Part shown: piece by piece, positions 59,679 through 64,000 of the stretch
Layout of the letters: every line of letters begins with the position of its first letter
Position numbering within the stretch: the stretch's first letter is position 1
Assembly (NCBI GenBank): GCA_050295515.1
Contig: JBNKPU010000168.1
Coordinates: 47,899-111,898, forward strand
Source: Bacteroidales bacterium
Lineage (GTDB): Bacteria; Bacteroidota; Bacteroidia; Bacteroidales; UBA10428
Length of the DNA stretch: 64,000 bases
Direction: 5' to 3'
Notes under the pieces: model-generated
What the model saw: the letters and a program-made list of their open reading frames with translations, nothing else
Databases searched by the model: none
Told to the model about the DNA's origin: nothing
Made by a program: the position numbers and the translations under genes

Positions 59679-59851
59679 TCCGGATTATGTAATTGAACTT
59701 CGTTATGAAGGTTGAAAGTGCAAAAATAGAAGGACTTGGTGAGATGAATCTTAGCACCGCTATGGTGCTTCGAAACAAGTAAGTGAAACGACTTATATTG
59801 AAGCAATTTCAATATGGTTTAGATTTTCTAATGCATATTTCGGGTTAAACC
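59679..59851 (+). repeat. mosaic MITE-like repeat, copy 6 (short form, complete)
   Basis: Left arm tccggattatgtaattgaacttcgttatgaaggttgaaagtgcaaaaatagaagg and right arm tagattttctaatgcatatttcgggttaaaccc. Internal hairpins are catagc/gctatg-type and tattgaa/ttcaata. It ends 4 bp from the stop codon of the VIT-vWA gene. Confidence 0.85.
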
Positions 59852-59855
59852 CAGC

Positions 59856-62768
59856 TTACTTCTTGAATTCTATTTCTCCAACCAAGAAGTCGCCTTGTTT
59901 GTTGGGCTCCAGCTGAAGTGTTATTATTTCTCTTTTCTCATTGGCAGAACCAAAATTTGTATATACAAAAGCACGTACTGTTACATTCCCTAATAGGAGC
60001 TGTTTTCTGGTTCCAAAAAAGTTCACATCTATTTTATATTTTCCTTCTATAGCATGTTTTAAGCGGAATTCCTCTGGTCCATATCCTTGTGTGATGTCAT
60101 TTGATATTTTGCCACCAATTTTTGTTTGGGTGTTAGAATAGCTACATCTTTCACTCTGGGGGTCGGTAACCCACAGATCGATATCTGTATCGTTGGCATC
60201 CCAGTCAATCACAATTCTTATATCAACTGGCATTTGCTTTATAAAGCATGCGTTGATTTCTGAGAAGTCAATTTTATTACCGTGATGGTGAATAATATTG
60301 TTTATGTCGTGAAGCACAATAAGCTCAATGCCAGGAAAACGTGAGATAATATCACTGTCCCAATCCTTATCAATAACCTGGTAAAGACTGTTAATTGCTT
60401 TCTGATATTCACCTTTTTGACTATAAGCCAGTCCAAGATCAATATAGGAATGAGGTTCAAATGAGCGGGTTTTCATTACTTCATGGAATACAGCCAATGC
60501 TTCATCGTAAAAATTATATTCCAATAATTTTCTTCCCAGTGTCCGCAGAAGTTCAGGGTCTTCCAGCTCGAGTTCTGCCAGGTTTGAAATTACTCTTAAT
60601 CCTTCATCCCGCTTTGATTTCTGGAACATATAGGTAGCTACATCGAAATAGAAGGATGGATTACCTTCATTGTCATCTTTAAGTTTTAAATAGGTTTTAT
60701 ATAGATTTTCTGTATCAGTAGCTTTCAGGTCATTCATATAAGGGGCATTGCTCTCCCATTTGTTTACGGTAATGGAAGAAGAATATTCCGATAGTCTGCC
60801 TTCTTGTTTTTTCTGTTTGCCCTCACGGCTTCGTGATACTGAACTTTGTCTTGGTGCAACAGTCTCTTCTAAATCTGCTTCTGCAGCCATATTAAAATCA
60901 ACTCCAGAAACTTCTAAATCATCGGTTGTGTTTAATTGATTTGGTGAAGATGGAGATGGAGCTATGTCATTATCATGTAGGATTTTTTCTTTAATTTTAT
61001 GGTCACCTACAGTTTCCCACCAATTGATATCTTCTTTAAACTGTTGGCAGATTTGATCTATACGATTTTGCCTGAATGTCTCTCTATCTTTTGTCTGTGT
61101 AGAAACAAGGGCATAATACTCATTCTGAAGCGATTTTGGTGGAACAATACCATACCTAACATAATCCTGAACATTATCCAGGACTATTAAAGAAGTTCCT
61201 GGTGTTACCAGGCTAAATTTCTTTCCGTGCGCCTTTATATCTTCGCTACTTCCTTCGACCAATAGCGATTTAAGCTTTTTCTGTGCCCATATACGTTCGC
61301 CAATGTTATTTTGTATGCGTTTACTATTGTCGACGAGTATTGTATGCGATTCAGTAATTGTATTTCCAAATCCAAAATGGAGCGTTATTTCATTTTGTGC
61401 ACCTTCAGCAATACCAGAACAGCTGAATTGATGTGTGACTGTTTGTCCGTTTTTTGGATAAAACTCCTTAATGCTTTCATTGTTGTATTCTGCACGAATA
61501 AACCTCTTTTGTTCATTTGTGAGGATTTGAAATGCATGCTCTTCAGAAATTCTAAATGCATCGATATAAGTTCCGTTTGATGAAGAAGAAATGAATTCCA
61601 AAAGATTATGGTCGGTAATGTTTGAGCTGTTTATAGCTATTACTGGCGATTTGAACCGGTATGTGGGTATCTCGCCAAAATTGGATAATCCATCAGTAAA
61701 CAGTAAAATTTCTTCTGACTGTAGTTGATGAAAATCTATGGCGCTTAGGTTTGTAGCTCCATCATAGGGGACAGATTTCAGCAAATTTATTAAATCAGGG
61801 CATTTTCCACCTTTTATGCTAAAGGTATTTGTTGAATGGAGTGTATTTGAAAAAGTGATTAAACTTATCGATCCCTTATTCATCCATTCCAGGTAACGCT
61901 CAAGAATCGATAGCTCTTTATCCAGGTCCCTGTTTTTTGCTGAGGCTGAAACATCCCATACAACGGTAATGTCAGCCGGTTTTGCCTTGTTTCTCATAGC
62001 CTCCTGAAGTCCCATGTTGATATAAAAATAGTTGTCGGAGGTTACAGTACCCTTATAGGTTAAAACTTCATTGATCTGATTTGGTTTTGGGATGGCGAAA
62101 CTTAAATAAGTATTTAGTTCGGCATCCTTTTCCTCGTATTTACTGATGAACGAGTTATGGATTTCTGTAAAATTTAAATTTATAGCCGGGTCTTTACTGT
62201 TTAGTGGCTTGGGTTTGTTCATGACCACTTCAACTTGAACAGAAAACTCGGCTAAAATGTGATTAAAGTTTAAAGGCAATTGGTATATAAATTCCTTTTC
62301 GTTGCCCCTCAGCTCTTGTTCAAAAGCAATAACAGCTTTTTTATACCCTTTGGCAGGAATAGGATAAATACGGGTTTTAAAATTATTGCCCTTGGTTACT
62401 TCTACTAATCCGGGGTCGATGTTTTGTCGAACAACAGCTTCAAAAGCTTGTGTAGCTTTTTCCTTATCAACAACAACGCCTTCGCGCATTTCACCATTTA
62501 CGTCCAAGGCATACCGTGAGACAGAAACTCCATTTGCCAATGGAAAATTCAATTCTCCTTCCATGATCCTGTTGTTGTGGTTGTAGAATTGCATTTCGAA
62601 AGTTGTTGTAGCAATATTTTCTACAACGAAAACAGAAATATCCAGTTTTCTTAACTCTATAGGCTTGTCATCTGACGAACCTGTTTCAATGGCGGGAATA
62701 CGAATGGTCTGTGCTTCTAACATAGTGGTAGATAGGATTATTTGGAGTAAAATTATTATTTTTTTCAT
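59856..62768 (-). CDS. secreted VIT - von Willebrand A - TPR - DUF2135 multidomain protein
   Basis: Signal peptide MKKIIILLQIILSTTMLEAQ from ATG 62768; the track start at 62813 adds 15 aa. The N-terminus is VIT-like (VENIATTTFEMQFYN...GELNFPL). The vWA MIDAS motif is VVWDVSAS. TPR helices include EALAVFHEVMK...GEYQKAINSLYQVI. C-terminal IDLWVTDPQSERCSY...DITQGYGPEEF resembles DUF2135. Confidence 0.8.
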   Translation of the reverse strand: MKKIIILLQIILSTTMLEAQTIRIPAIETGSSDDKPIELRKLDISVFVVENIATTTFEMQFYNHNNRIMEGELNFPLANGVSVSRYALDVNGEMREGVVVDKEKATQAFEAVVRQNIDPGLVEVTKGNNFKTRIYPIPAKGYKKAVIAFEQELRGNEKEFIYQLPLNFNHILAEFSVQVEVVMNKPKPLNSKDPAINLNFTEIHNSFISKYEEKDAELNTYLSFAIPKPNQINEVLTYKGTVTSDNYFYINMGLQEAMRNKAKPADITVVWDVSASAKNRDLDKELSILERYLEWMNKGSISLITFSNTLHSTNTFSIKGGKCPDLINLLKSVPYDGATNLSAIDFHQLQSEEILLFTDGLSNFGEIPTYRFKSPVIAINSSNITDHNLLEFISSSSNGTYIDAFRISEEHAFQILTNEQKRFIRAEYNNESIKEFYPKNGQTVTHQFSCSGIAEGAQNEITLHFGFGNTITESHTILVDNSKRIQNNIGERIWAQKKLKSLLVEGSSEDIKAHGKKFSLVTPGTSLIVLDNVQDYVRYGIVPPKSLQNEYYALVSTQTKDRETFRQNRIDQICQQFKEDINWWETVGDHKIKEKILHDNDIAPSPSSPNQLNTTDDLEVSGVDFNMAAEADLEETVAPRQSSVSRSREGKQKKQEGRLSEYSSSITVNKWESNAPYMNDLKATDTENLYKTYLKLKDDNEGNPSFYFDVATYMFQKSKRDEGLRVISNLAELELEDPELLRTLGRKLLEYNFYDEALAVFHEVMKTRSFEPHSYIDLGLAYSQKGEYQKAINSLYQVIDKDWDSDIISRFPGIELIVLHDINNIIHHHGNKIDFSEINACFIKQMPVDIRIVIDWDANDTDIDLWVTDPQSERCSYSNTQTKIGGKISNDITQGYGPEEFRLKHAIEGKYKIDVNFFGTRKQLLLGNVTVRAFVYTNFGSANEKREIITLQLEPNKQGDFLVGEIEFKK

Positions 62769-62867
62769 AATATACTTTTTAATGCTGTTTTTCTCAGTTT
62801 TTAAGTTGGACACCTTTGAAGTACTTTACTTCAATCGTATATCGAACAATTGAAAAGTTGTATGCCC

Positions 62868-62875
62868 CAAAAGTA
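62868..62875 (-). promoter_or_regulatory. candidate TAnnTTTG promoter element for the VIT-vWA gene
   Basis: The minus strand reads TACTTTTG, about 100 nt upstream of ATG 62768. Support is a motif match only. Confidence 0.3.
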
Positions 62876-63183
62876 ACGACCATCATTTTATTCTCTTGTT
62901 TATTATATGGATGCATATAAAGTTCAAATTCCATAAAAACTTTTATTTATTTACAGAATCCCATCTGTTGGGGCTCTAATTCAAGTTATTAGACAAAGAA
63001 AAAAAATTATTGCATATATAGTTTGATATAGATCTTTGTATTCTGTCAGGAAAGTATGGCTATACCTGGTGGCAATTAAACTTAGTGCCTTTTTATTGGT
63101 ATGGCAAAATTGTTCTTAATTTGTATCCAGATGAATATGTGCCTAATTTATTTATAACAGAAATGAAGGATTAAAATAACCTT

Positions 63184-63905
63184 ATGTGTACAAATAAACC
63201 AATCAAACTCATACAAGACTTAATTACTGAAATTCAAAGCTATCAAGACCTTGAATATCTTCAGCTTGTCAGGAGATCTGTTCCAACGCGTATGAAAATG
63301 ATTGGTATTCGTGGAGAAAATCTTAGGGAGATATTAAAAAATTAAGAGAAAGGACAAAAGGATACTCCGCCAGGGAAAAAATCGGTTTAGCTGTTCAAAT
63401 GGGGGATATAGGTATTTTCGAATGCCAGCAGATGGGATTTGAGTATTTGGGAAAGGACAAGCAGGCATTAAAAGAACTCATAGAGAGGGATATAGATGCG
63501 TTAATGGTAAATATGGATAATTGGGCAACAGTTGATAGTTTTGCACTCCACATTTTGGGGTATGCTTACAGAGAGTCCATTATCTCCATAGATAAATTAA
63601 AAACATTGTATCAGTCTGATGATTTTTGGTTGCGAAGGTTGGCAATTGTGTCAACAATTCCGTTGAACCTTAGGTCAAGAGGAGGAAAAGGAGATCCGAA
63701 ACGTACACTTGAGATCTGCGAATGGGCCATCGATGACCATGTAGATCTAATCAACAAGGCAATGTCATGGGCATTGAGAGAACTGTCCAAAGTTGAACCT
63801 ATACTAGTAGTTGATTTTATCAATCAATATGAAAGCAGGCTGCATTATAGAGTCCTAAGGGAAGTTCGGAATAAAATCAATACAGGAAGAAAAAACACAA
63901 ATTAA
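63184..63905 (+). pseudogene. AlkD-like DNA alkylation repair (HEAT-repeat glycosylase) gene split by a frameshift in an A6 tract
   Basis: ORF 63184-63345 (MCTNKPIKLIQDL...IGIRGENLREILKN*) and ORF 63399-63905 (WATVDSFALHILG, DFWLRRLAIVS, INKAMSWALRELSK) are in different frames. Adding one A to the A6 run at 63336-63341 fuses them into one 240 aa protein reading EILKKLRERTKGYSAREKIGLAVQMGDIG. Confidence 0.65.
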
Positions 63906-64000
63906 GCAGCACGATATAGGTTGCCTCATTAAAGGAAAGAAGTAATTTCTGAGTATAGGGTTGAATTGTTTGAAGTAGCACTACATTCGCATTTATATTC

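Noticed and set aside
59567-59812. 81 aa ORF on the minus strand.
   Set aside because: It runs antisense through the MITE-like copy 6 and the tail of the 59005 ORF. Its sequence is low-complexity and is explained by the repeat.
1-64000. tRNA, rRNA or other canonical RNA genes.
   Set aside because: Scanning intergenic regions by eye found no T-loop GGTTCGAAT-type motif with a matching acceptor stem, and no rRNA-like segment. This is limited by manual inspection.

Overview
This window looks like a low-GC Bacteroidota chromosome segment. The evidence is GroES/GroEL, an UpxY-type NusG paralog, TAnnTTTG-type promoter motifs and lipoprotein-style signal peptides. No rRNA, tRNA, CRISPR array, transposase or integrase was recognised.

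- **1-17.3 kb, housekeeping:** secG, groES-groEL, serB, a DEAD-box helicase, a type I pullulanase, an SLC13-type anion permease and cysC.
- **17.5-52.1 kb, polysaccharide locus:** a roughly 35 kb Wzx/Wzy-type capsule or exopolysaccharide locus. About 30 kb of it is one tightly packed minus-strand gene train (wza, upxY, wzc, wzx ... wecB, vanZ-like). It encodes a sulfotransferase, three methyltransferases, two AsnB-like amidotransferases, a bi-domain oxidoreductase, acyl/acetyltransferases, and a kinase plus nucleotidyltransferase-HAD pair. This predicts a heavily decorated glycan that may be sulfated, methylated and amidated.
- **52.5-64 kb:** gpmI, a zinc-ribbon polytopic membrane protein, pepF, a 2 kb gene-poor repeat-dense stretch, a large VIT-vWA-TPR-DUF2135 secreted protein, and a frameshifted AlkD-like gene.

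The least conventional signals are non-coding:
- A mosaic MITE-like repeat family with at least 6 full or partial copies. These sit at gene 3-prime ends and terminators, and one lies inside the upxY-wzc gap.
- A related 103 bp near-identical inverted repeat pair at 25.2 kb and 58.3 kb.
- A 12-unit, 21 bp tandem array at 58.6-58.9 kb.

All functional calls rest on motifs read by eye. No database search or computation was possible.
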